Positions 1 through 7,325 of a DNA stretch of 64,000 nucleotides are shown in pieces. The translations under genes and the position numbers were made by a program. The stretch comes from a virus. Lineage: Duplodnaviria; Caudoviricetes. Location: IMG/VR virus record IMGVR_UViG_2721755486_000001, positions 32,001-96,000 of that record. The stretch is one strand, 5' to 3'. Within the stretch, counting starts at the first letter, position 1. Each line of letters opens with the position of its first letter. The notes beneath the pieces were generated by a model that saw only the letters and a program-made list of their open reading frames with translations, was not told the DNA's origin and did no database searches.

Positions 1-29
1 GGGCGGGGCAGATCATCGCGGCCCTAGCG

Positions 30-464
30 TTGAAGATCGAGGTGACGCGCACCAGCCAGAAGGAGTACATCCCGGGCCCGATGGTCATCCGCGACGGGAC
101 ATCACGCCACACGGGGACGTCGTACCGCACGTACACCCACAGCGGCACGGTGACCAACCCGACGCGCTACGGGGTGCACGCCAACATCGGCGGTTTGGGC
201 CTGGGCTACGGGATGGTGCCCGCCAACGGCTCGGTGAAAGCGTCCTCGGTGCCGGTGCGCCAGATCGCGAGCGACTGGTGCTCGAAGGTCGACGTCATGA
301 TCACCGACAAGGTGGTGAAGTCGCTGACGCCGAATGGCGTGGTGGCCGTGCCGATCGGCCCGGACCAGGTGACGGTGACGAGCGGCGACCCGCTGCCCTG
401 GAAGGTCATCGCCTGGGGCGTGGGGATCGTGGTCGTGCTGCTCGGGCTGGCGGTGCTCCACTGA
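30..464 (+). CDS. hypothetical protein with C-terminal transmembrane helix (start uncertain)
   Basis: 144-aa ORF with GC3-rich codons and a hydrophobic C-terminus (WKVIAWGVGIVVVLLGLAVLH); TTG start near the window edge. Confidence 0.6.
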   Translation: MKIEVTRTSQKEYIPGPMVIRDGTSRHTGTSYRTYTHSGTVTNPTRYGVHANIGGLGLGYGMVPANGSVKASSVPVRQIASDWCSKVDVMITDKVVKSLTPNGVVAVPIGPDQVTVTSGDPLPWKVIAWGVGIVVVLLGLAVLH

Positions 465-592
465 CCGCTCAGGTGCGGCCGGGCACCCGGCGGTCGACGA
501 GGGCACCCAAGGCATGGCTTAAGATGGCACCCTCTCAGGTGTAGGACCGTACCGCGCACGTAGGCCCTCGGACCGCGCGGTGTGTGTTTTGA

Positions 593-616
593 CGGCCCCG
601 CGCGGGGCCGCTTTTT
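593..616 (+). terminator. rho-independent terminator-like hairpin
   Basis: CGGCCCC-GCGC-GGGGCCG followed by CTTTTT, between convergent genes. Confidence 0.6.
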
Positions 617-619
617 CGT

Positions 620-1480
620 TCAGTCGCGGTCAGCGGCGCGGGCGGCGAGGGTACCCAGCAGCACGGCGAGGAGGGCCGTACCCGCCGCGATCCCGATCGC
701 CTTCAGCATCGTCTTCACCGCGCTTTCGTTTCCCATTTGCCTGGCATTCTCCGACACGTGCTGTTTCTCGGTTCCCTGCACGAACCCGAACTTGGCACGG
801 TCCGGCAGCGCCTCGACCATGCGATCGACCAGTTCGGTGAGCTGCCACCGGCGGGTGGCCGACACGGTGCAGACCTCGGCGTTTGGCAGGTTGAAAAGCG
901 CGCCCACGTCTGAGCGCTTCTGCTCGATGTTGGCGAGCTGCTCGGGGCCCGGGCGGCGTTCGTCGCGGATCCAGTCGTCGGTCGGTTCGAGCTTGTCGCT
1001 CTGGTTGACCACCACCAGGAAGGGCGTCGCGTTGCGCCCGATCTCGGGCTCCACGATGCTCTGGTAATACGCCTTGTCGGCGGCCAGGGCCCGGTCGTCG
1101 GCCTTCACCACCCACAGCACGAGGTCCAGCTCGGGCAGCACGCTCTTGTACAGAGCGCTGTACTCCACGTCACGCTCGGCGCTCTCGCCCAGGCCGGGCA
1201 GGTCCAGGAGGAACACCCCGGACAGGTCGCCCTGCATCTCGAGCAGGGCCTGCTGGGGTTGGCGGGTGCACGCCGACACGTCGCTGACCTCGGCGACGTC
1301 GTGACCGAACAGCGCGTTGAACAGGGCGGACTTGCCCACGCCCGTCTTGCCCAGCACGCCGATCCGCGGGACGTAGCCCAGGGTTTCTTTGATTTTCTCG
1401 ACGGTCTCTTTCGTGACCTCGACGCCGTGCTTGCGCAACACGTCGCCGAACGCCTTCACCAGGTTGGGATCAATGGCCAT
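620..1480 (-). CDS. YfjP/YeeP-like P-loop GTPase (MMR_HSR1-type) with hydrophobic C-terminal tail
   Basis: G1 GKTGVGKS, G3 DLPG, G4 NQSD; AGGAG RBS upstream of the ATG at 1480 (MAIDPNL). Confidence 0.85.
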   Translation of the reverse strand: MAIDPNLVKAFGDVLRKHGVEVTKETVEKIKETLGYVPRIGVLGKTGVGKSALFNALFGHDVAEVSDVSACTRQPQQALLEMQGDLSGVFLLDLPGLGESAERDVEYSALYKSVLPELDLVLWVVKADDRALAADKAYYQSIVEPEIGRNATPFLVVVNQSDKLEPTDDWIRDERRPGPEQLANIEQKRSDVGALFNLPNAEVCTVSATRRWQLTELVDRMVEALPDRAKFGFVQGTEKQHVSENARQMGNESAVKTMLKAIGIAAGTALLAVLLGTLAARAADRD

Positions 1481-1556
1481 GCGTGGTCTCCTGCGGGTGG
1501 TTGTTCGGGATGGTTGTTCTTGGCGGGGCGCCTGTGGTCCGGCGGCCCCCACAGGG

Positions 1557-2645
1557 TCAGCGGTCGAACGCTTCGATCATCCGGCGCTGGGCGTCGACGA
1601 TCGCCAGGGCGTTGCCCGGGTGCCAGTCGGCGATCGAGTACGGCAGGTTGAAATACGGGTAGCGGCCGAACGCGAACCGGGCGAGCGGCGGCAGCGGCCG
1701 GTCCGCCCACGGGTTTTCGAGCAGCACGACGTCCTCATGGAACACGAACAGGACGGCCGACAGGCGGCTCTTCTTTTTGTCGTCGAGGCGGAAACGCCCG
1801 TCGTGGCCCATGCGTTTCGGGGCGGACGGGTCCTCGAACACGGGCGCACCCTTCCAGCCGTAGACCCCGTACCACATGGCGCCGCTGCACAGCCCCCGTC
1901 CGTGAAACCCACGGATCAGCGGGGACATCTGGTGCGGCTTGAGCAGTTGGGAGGTGGTGGGGCCACCGAAGTGGGTGAAGTCGGCGATGAGCACGCACGG
2001 CCGGTCGGGGGCCACCTGGGTCTCGTCCGGCTTCATCGAGCAAACCTTGCTGATGAGGTTGGCCTGGACGCTGTCGCCTTCCTTCGTCGGGTCCGGTCGA
2101 CCGCCCGGGGTCAGCTCGGTCACGGCCATACGGAGGGTCCGCTCGCCCACCGTCGTTTCCGAGCGTTCGATCCCGTACGGGTGCTCACCGTCGGGCGTGT
2201 TGGCCGCGGCCATCAGCTTGTCCTGTTGCTTGTCCTGGTGCTTCGAGAACACCTCGACCGTCACCGGCCCGTCGCCGGCGTCCACGGTGAAGTCAGGCGT
2301 GGCGTCGCTCGCCCGGATGATCGGCGTGACGTCGAATCCTGCTTCGAGCAGGCCGCCGTACGCGCGGATCTCCGCCAGGGCCGACGACGCACCGCTGTCG
2401 TCCTGGAGGTTGCGCAGGCGGTCACCGAGATCCTTCAACCACGTTTCGCCGCCGGTCTCCTGGGCGATGGCCGGCACCGCCAGGCGGACCAGGTTGTCGA
2501 CCGGGCGCGGTTCCCGCGAGCACAGGGCGAACCACGTGGGGTGGCGCGTCCCGGTGGGTAGAAGCGGGGCCTTGTCGATCCCCTCGATCTCCTCGGGGGT
2601 GAACAGGTCGGACAGGCTCGCGATGGTGGGCGTGGTGGTGCTCAT
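1557..2645 (-). CDS. hypothetical protein, putative PD-(D/E)xK nuclease fold
   Basis: 362 aa; AEIRAY...TPDF...VEVFSK resembles a restriction-endonuclease-like core. Confidence 0.55.
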   Translation of the reverse strand: MSTTTPTIASLSDLFTPEEIEGIDKAPLLPTGTRHPTWFALCSREPRPVDNLVRLAVPAIAQETGGETWLKDLGDRLRNLQDDSGASSALAEIRAYGGLLEAGFDVTPIIRASDATPDFTVDAGDGPVTVEVFSKHQDKQQDKLMAAANTPDGEHPYGIERSETTVGERTLRMAVTELTPGGRPDPTKEGDSVQANLISKVCSMKPDETQVAPDRPCVLIADFTHFGGPTTSQLLKPHQMSPLIRGFHGRGLCSGAMWYGVYGWKGAPVFEDPSAPKRMGHDGRFRLDDKKKSRLSAVLFVFHEDVVLLENPWADRPLPPLARFAFGRYPYFNLPYSIADWHPGNALAIVDAQRRMIEAFDR

Positions 2646-2812
2646 ACGACGGATCCTTCAGCGGACGGGTGGGCGGGCAAGCGAACGATTGTACGGGGAC
2701 CGCAGGGCGATTGCTTGACCATCGGGAGGCGCCGGCGTGTCACCCGATCACCCGGGCTTGAACGGCGAACGGCCGCCACCCGGGCGACCGTTTCGACGCG
2801 TCCGAATCGGGA

Positions 2813-3229
2813 TCACCAACCGCGCGGCGGGAGCCAGTCCCGGGAGTGCTCGTTCAGGAACCGGCGGGTCCGGTAAAACGAGCGCAGGGTGGTCAGCGGC
2901 AGCGCCACCCCACGTTCTTGGGCGACGCGCAACGCCAGGTCCCGCATCTTGGCGGTCGGCGCACGCGGTCCGAAGATGAAGAACGGGTGGCGCAGGAACC
3001 GCAGGGCGGCCAGATCGGCCCGGGCCTCGTGGCTGAACGGTGCGCGCAGCAGGGCACGGACCAGTCCGAAGATCGCGGTCATGATCCAGACCCAGGCCAG
3101 GAACAGGAAGGACACGCCGATCGCGCCGGCGATCAGGGCAAGGACGATTTTAAGGCCGACCACGGTTCTCCTCCTGCTGGTCTGTTGGCGGTGTTCGGAC
3201 CAACTTAGCGGGTCATGGGGCGAAGTCAA
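2813..3229 (-). CDS. hypothetical membrane protein
   Basis: 138 aa with a long hydrophobic segment. Confidence 0.5.
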   Translation of the reverse strand: MTSPHDPLSWSEHRQQTSRRRTVVGLKIVLALIAGAIGVSFLFLAWVWIMTAIFGLVRALLRAPFSHEARADLAALRFLRHPFFIFGPRAPTAKMRDLALRVAQERGVALPLTTLRSFYRTRRFLNEHSRDWLPPRGW

Positions 3230-3231
3230 CC

Positions 3232-3283
3232 CCGTGCCCTGGCACGGCTCGCCGCTTGACGGGCCTGCACGACCTGCTAGGTT
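3232..3283 (+). promoter_or_regulatory. palindromic operator CCGTGCCCTGGCACGG plus TTGACG-N16-TAGGTT promoter
   Basis: Operator 3232-3247, -35 at 3256, -10 at 3278; the same architecture recurs across the window. Confidence 0.7.
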
Positions 3284-3333
3284 TCGGGCACGCGGTCCAC
3301 GTTCAGAGGCCGGACACGAGGAGGAGACCTGCG

Positions 3334-3693
3334 ATGCGGCTGTTCAAACCCATGGCCCTGGCCACCACGATCGGCATCTGCGCGATGACCGGTGGCGGCG
3401 ACGCCAACGGCAGCACCGGCTTCACCCTGCCGACGTCGCTGGCGGCCGTACGCCAGGACGCGACGGCGGTGTGCGACCGGATCCCGGGCGAGGCGGGGCA
3501 GGCGGGTCTGCCGGCGTTGGGCGCGATGTCGAACGGCTGCTACAACGCGGTGGCGTTCGTGAACACCAAGCTCGTCGCGGTGCTGGGCGACGGCGGGTCG
3601 GCGCTGATCGTCCCGGACGACGGCGGACCGATCTTGCTGCGCGTGGCGACCATGACCGAGGGCATCGGGGCCCGGGTTCGCAACGCGCGGTAA
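3334..3693 (+). CDS. hypothetical exported protein
   Basis: GAGGAG RBS; signal-peptide-like N-terminus MRLFKPMALATTIGICA. Confidence 0.65.
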   Translation: MRLFKPMALATTIGICAMTGGGDANGSTGFTLPTSLAAVRQDATAVCDRIPGEAGQAGLPALGAMSNGCYNAVAFVNTKLVAVLGDGGSALIVPDDGGPILLRVATMTEGIGARVRNAR

Positions 3694-3779
3694 GGCGCGC
3701 ACCGTGGAGCGACCAGGCGGCCATCAGGGCCGCCTGTTGCGTTATGCTGCTGATCCGCTCGATCGCACCATCGCACCGT

Positions 3780-4268
3780 ATGCCCATCCAACCCGAACGT
3801 CATCCACCCCTGGACCTTCAACCGAACACGGTGCTTTACCGCGGCGTCAACCGGGGCATGCACGACGACGGCCGGGGCTTGCGCCCGCGAAACCCGGACA
3901 AGCCGTTCGAGAAGCACGTGTACTTCGACGGCACGTGGAAGCTGGACGGCTCGATCAACTTCGGCACACCGCACGGGCAGGCGGTGCACGCGCACCAGTG
4001 GGACAGCGAGGGATTCAACGGCCCCGCGCTCTCGTTCACCACCATCGAGAAGGTCGCGCGGCGCTTCGCCACCACCGACGGGCTGGAGGACGGCGTGGTG
4101 TACGCGGTGACGGTGGCCGAGCTGGAAGCGGCGGGATGCAGCCTCCAAGATCCCAGGGTCTACACCTCGGGACTGCAGAACCCCGACGAGCACGAGGTGA
4201 TCGTGGTCCCACCGACCGGCGGTGAGCTGAGCCTCGACCGGGTGCGGGTGACCGAGGTGGTGGCGTAG
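3780..4268 (+). CDS. putative ADP-ribosyltransferase (R-S-E class) fold protein
   Basis: LYRG...LSFTT...A-x-x-FA...DEHEV motif order typical of ARTs; start may instead be 3744. Confidence 0.6.
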   Translation: MPIQPERHPPLDLQPNTVLYRGVNRGMHDDGRGLRPRNPDKPFEKHVYFDGTWKLDGSINFGTPHGQAVHAHQWDSEGFNGPALSFTTIEKVARRFATTDGLEDGVVYAVTVAELEAAGCSLQDPRVYTSGLQNPDEHEVIVVPPTGGELSLDRVRVTEVVA

Positions 4269-4482
4269 GCCTGGGCGATCGGTAGGGCTCGGGCGCGTGA
4301 AACCCCGCCTCCGGCGGCTTGGGCACCATCCCCGGCGAGTACCTGCGGTGACCGGGCCGGGCTCAACGCGGTGAGGAGCAGTGCACCTGGTTTCATGGGG
4401 GCGACCGCCGGCCGGGTGTCGCCTGCTGGTGGCAGGGCGATCGGGACCGGGAGGTGCCATGGCACGGGGATTCGCACCCGAG

Positions 4483-4705
4483 CATCCCATTCGGTTCGCC
4501 CCCCTGCGGGATCGTCGCCGGAGGTGTGTTTCGGTCGCGCGGCAGTGGTTCTGCCCGCTCATTCATCGACCTATGGGCCGCCAGGAGGCGGCAAACCACG
4601 CCATCAAGAGCATCGCGGCGGTACCACGGCGCGCGCTCTGCGGCAGAACATCCCATTCGGTTCGCCCCCACCAGCAGGAAAACATCCCACTCGGTTCCCA
4701 CCCCT
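4483..4705 (+). repeat. three isolated iteron copies
   Basis: CATCCCATTCGGTTCGCCCC at 4483 and 4649; degenerate copy CATCCCACTCGGTTCC at 4683. Confidence 0.75.
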
Positions 4706-4869
4706 GGCGTTGGCCCCGCCCCGTGCCGGGGGCAGGTGTTCGGGGCGCACGGGTTCCGGGGTTGAGTGCCAGGAGCCGCTAGGCTCCCAAAAGGTTTTGA
4801 CGTTCCCGGAGGGGATCGGTTGAACCACGCGCCGGAGGTGATGGCAAAACGTTATGTTCTTCGTTCGGT

Positions 4870-4996
4870 GGGTTCGGGTGAACCGCCAGAAAGGCGGGTT
4901 CACCCAGGAACCCCTTCACCGTTTTTCTCTAGAGTATTGCTGTTAGCTATCAAGCAGGGGGTGCGCGTCCGGAGGACGCACCCCTGCTTAATAGCT
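4870..4996. other. two inverted repeats and AT-richer DNA in the putative oriV
   Basis: GGGTTCGGGTGAACCGCC...GGCGGGTTCACCCAGGAACCC (~4870-4913) and AGCTATCAAGCAGGGGGTGCG...CGCACCCCTGCTTAATAGCT (~4945-4996). Confidence 0.6.
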
Positions 4997-5051
4997 TAAG
5001 AGCTTAAGGCGGGCTGGAACGCCCGTCTGTCAAGGCTTTCAGGGGGGGGGG

Positions 5052-5160
5052 CATCCGATTGGGTTCGCCCCTTCATCCCATTCGGTTCGCCCCTTCATCC
5101 GATTGGGTTCGCCCCCCATCCCATTCGGTTCGCCCCCTCATCCGATCGGGTTCGCCCCCT
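5052..5160 (+). repeat. iteron array (five 21-22 bp tandem repeats), plasmid oriV
   Basis: Units start at 5052, 5074, 5096, 5117 and 5139; consensus CATCCSATYSGGTTCGCCCC; ~200 bp upstream of the copG-trfA operon. Confidence 0.9.
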
Positions 5161-5355
5161 GGGGCGTCCCATGTGAAGGTCCTGCTGGTAAAGATTTTCG
5201 TAGGCAAGCCTTGACATGACCGGGGCCTGGAGTTGTACTGGACCAGAGCGCAGATGATCGCGCGCAACGTTCACGATGGGCCTGCCACGGCGGGCCATGA
5301 CCGACGCCTCTCGGACTAAACCCCGAGGGGCGTTTTTCGTTTACCGGAGATCACG

Positions 5356-5559
5356 ATGGCGTCCCCCTCGAAATCGTCGAAGAAGCAGATGGAGCAGCTC
5401 AACATGCGGCTCGAGACGGCCGTGCTCGCGCAGCTCGACCGCATGGCGGCGGAGCGCTCGACGACGCGGAGCGACGTGTTGCGGACGCTGTTGGCTGCAT
5501 GGATGCGCGATCCTTCCAGCGTGGTGGTTGGCTTCCCCGTGATCGGGAGCGCGAAATGA
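5356..5559 (+). CDS. ribbon-helix-helix (CopG-like) repressor
   Basis: 67 aa, QLNMRL...LDRMAAERSTTRSDVLR; GGAG RBS; stop overlaps the rep start (ATGA). Confidence 0.8.
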   Translation: MASPSKSSKKQMEQLNMRLETAVLAQLDRMAAERSTTRSDVLRTLLAAWMRDPSSVVVGFPVIGSAK

Positions 5560-6752
5560 ACCGGCGCCCGTTCCCGTTCCGCTACGCAGCGCAAGATCGT
5601 CAACCGGTCGTGGTGGTAGAACCGGCATCGGCACCGGTGACCGTTGTTGACATGCAGCGCGCCAAGACCACGATCGAGCCGCGCCAGGGCAAGAGCGTGA
5701 AGACCGGTGGTGAAGAAACGGTCGCCTGGCCGTCCCCGTTCACGCCCAACGCGCTGTTGCGCTTCGCTCTGTTCGGTGCTCAACGGGAACGGATGGCCGC
5801 CGCGAAGATCTTCCCGCGCCAATCCAGCACGACGGACGGGCGTTTCCTGATCGCGGAGACCGCGCACTACCGTATCGAGTACGACGGGGACGAGGCGCTC
5901 AACGCGGACGACCTGATGGTCCTCCTGGTGTGCTTTGCCATCGCACGCAACGCGGGTGACATGGGCGCCTACGTGCCGATCTCCCTCAGCGAATGCAACC
6001 GTTATCTTTGGAAGTCGCGCAGCGGCAAGAACACGCTCCTGTTCCGGCAATCGCTGATGCGCCTCTTCAAGGGCTACATCAAGATCACGGTCGACGGTGT
6101 GGGCATCAAGCGCCAGCGGTTCCTGGCGAACTACGACAACGACGACACGGACCCGAACAACCCTGTCTACTGGATCCGCATCGACAAGGGCATGGCCCCG
6201 TTGTTCGAGGCCGACGCCACCGAGATCGACGTGGTGCGGATGGCCCACTTGAACAGCTACCTGGCGAAGTGGCTCCACGGTTTCTACTCGACCCACGACG
6301 GCAGGAAGGATTACTCGGTCAGCGAGCTGCAGGAACTGAGCGGATCGTCGTACCTGCCGCTGTTCAAGTTCCGGGCCAAGCTCCGGGAGGCCGTCAAGGA
6401 GCTGATGGAAGCCAAGACGATCACCAACGAGAAGGGCGAGGAGAGGGCGATTCGCCCTCTGTTTGGCGCGGGCACGACCATCACCAAGGGCGACATGCTC
6501 CACGTCGTCAAGGCCAGCCGTTCGATGATGATCGGTCCGGCGAAGAAGGCCGCGGCGCAACCGATCACCGTGCCGGCAACCGCCGATGCGCACACGGAAC
6601 GGCGCGGGAACGTCCCGGCGGTGACCCTCCCGACGCAACGGGTGGACGACGCACCGTTCGTGTCTGCTGGCGCGGATCCGTTCGACGAGCGGGACACGCG
6701 CTCGCCAGCGGAGAGGGCTGCTGCACGCCAACGGGCCCGCGTTGCTCTCTGA
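5556..6752 (+). CDS. trfA: TrfA-family plasmid replication initiator
   Basis: PNALLRFALF, LAKWLHGFYSTH, YSVSELQELSGS and FRAKLREAVKEL match TrfA-family motifs; adjacent to iterons. Confidence 0.85.
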   Translation: MNRRPFPFRYAAQDRQPVVVVEPASAPVTVVDMQRAKTTIEPRQGKSVKTGGEETVAWPSPFTPNALLRFALFGAQRERMAAAKIFPRQSSTTDGRFLIAETAHYRIEYDGDEALNADDLMVLLVCFAIARNAGDMGAYVPISLSECNRYLWKSRSGKNTLLFRQSLMRLFKGYIKITVDGVGIKRQRFLANYDNDDTDPNNPVYWIRIDKGMAPLFEADATEIDVVRMAHLNSYLAKWLHGFYSTHDGRKDYSVSELQELSGSSYLPLFKFRAKLREAVKELMEAKTITNEKGEERAIRPLFGAGTTITKGDMLHVVKASRSMMIGPAKKAAAQPITVPATADAHTERRGNVPAVTLPTQRVDDAPFVSAGADPFDERDTRSPAERAAARQRARVAL

Positions 6753-6779
6753 TCAACGGCCCTTCGGGGCCGTTTCCCA

Positions 6780-7088
6780 TCACCCCCTGGCAGGACTCAT
6801 CCGGTACCGCGCGTGCACGTGCGGACGCTCGGCCGGCAGGTTGTAGCACCAGACCTGCGGCTCCCCCTCGGCACCCTGGCGCTCCCCCACCAGTCGGTTG
6901 AACATCCGCCCCACCTTGCGCCGCCACCCATGGGGCAGCGATGACCAGAGGGCGGCGTGGTGCGGGTCCCGCCGGCAGAGCTGGCGCAGGGTCCCGTCCT
7001 GGTGGTCGAGCCGCGCGAGCAGCCCGGCGAGCAGTACGCGGGCGATGGCGGCAGGGGTGGGGTCGAGGTCGAGCAGGGTGGTGGTCAT
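6780..7088 (-). CDS. small hypothetical protein, DUF1413-like winged helix
   Basis: LWSSLPHGWRRKVGRMFNRLV resembles the DUF1413 pattern; GGAG RBS. Confidence 0.5.
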   Translation of the reverse strand: MTTTLLDLDPTPAAIARVLLAGLLARLDHQDGTLRQLCRRDPHHAALWSSLPHGWRRKVGRMFNRLVGERQGAEGEPQVWCYNLPAERPHVHARYRMSPARG

Positions 7089-7257
7089 CGGGTTCTCCAG
7101 GATCGTTGATCGGACGCCACCCCGCGCGATCGCGTGATGGCTCTACATATATTGAAAAACCGCCCCTAACTCACACCGATTTCCCGAACTGTTACAAAAA
7201 AGTTGACCGCGCTCCCAGGCCAACCTTCCGTCCTGCACCACCACCCGACCTCCTGAT

Positions 7258-7308
7258 TTGACAAGCCTGTCGTACCTGCTACCGGTACGTACCCGTGCCC
7301 TGGCACAG
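7258..7308 (+). promoter_or_regulatory. topB promoter with downstream GTGCC-NN-GGCAC operator
   Basis: TTGACA at 7258; operator core 7295-7306; GGAGG RBS follows. Confidence 0.6.
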
Positions 7309-7325
7309 CTTGGAGGAGGCTCGTC

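Noticed and set aside
2889-4268. 459-aa ORF as a single protein
   Set aside because: The N-terminal ~290 aa are Arg/Gly/Ala-rich and overlap other genes and a promoter; only the last ~162 aa look real
4700-5050. oriT or DnaA boxes
   Set aside because: I found no recognisable nic consensus or TTATCCACA box by eye, and no relaxase lies in the window
5052-5160. Possible CRISPR array
   Set aside because: The repeats are directly tandem with no unique spacers, there are no cas genes, and they adjoin a Rep gene, so they are iterons
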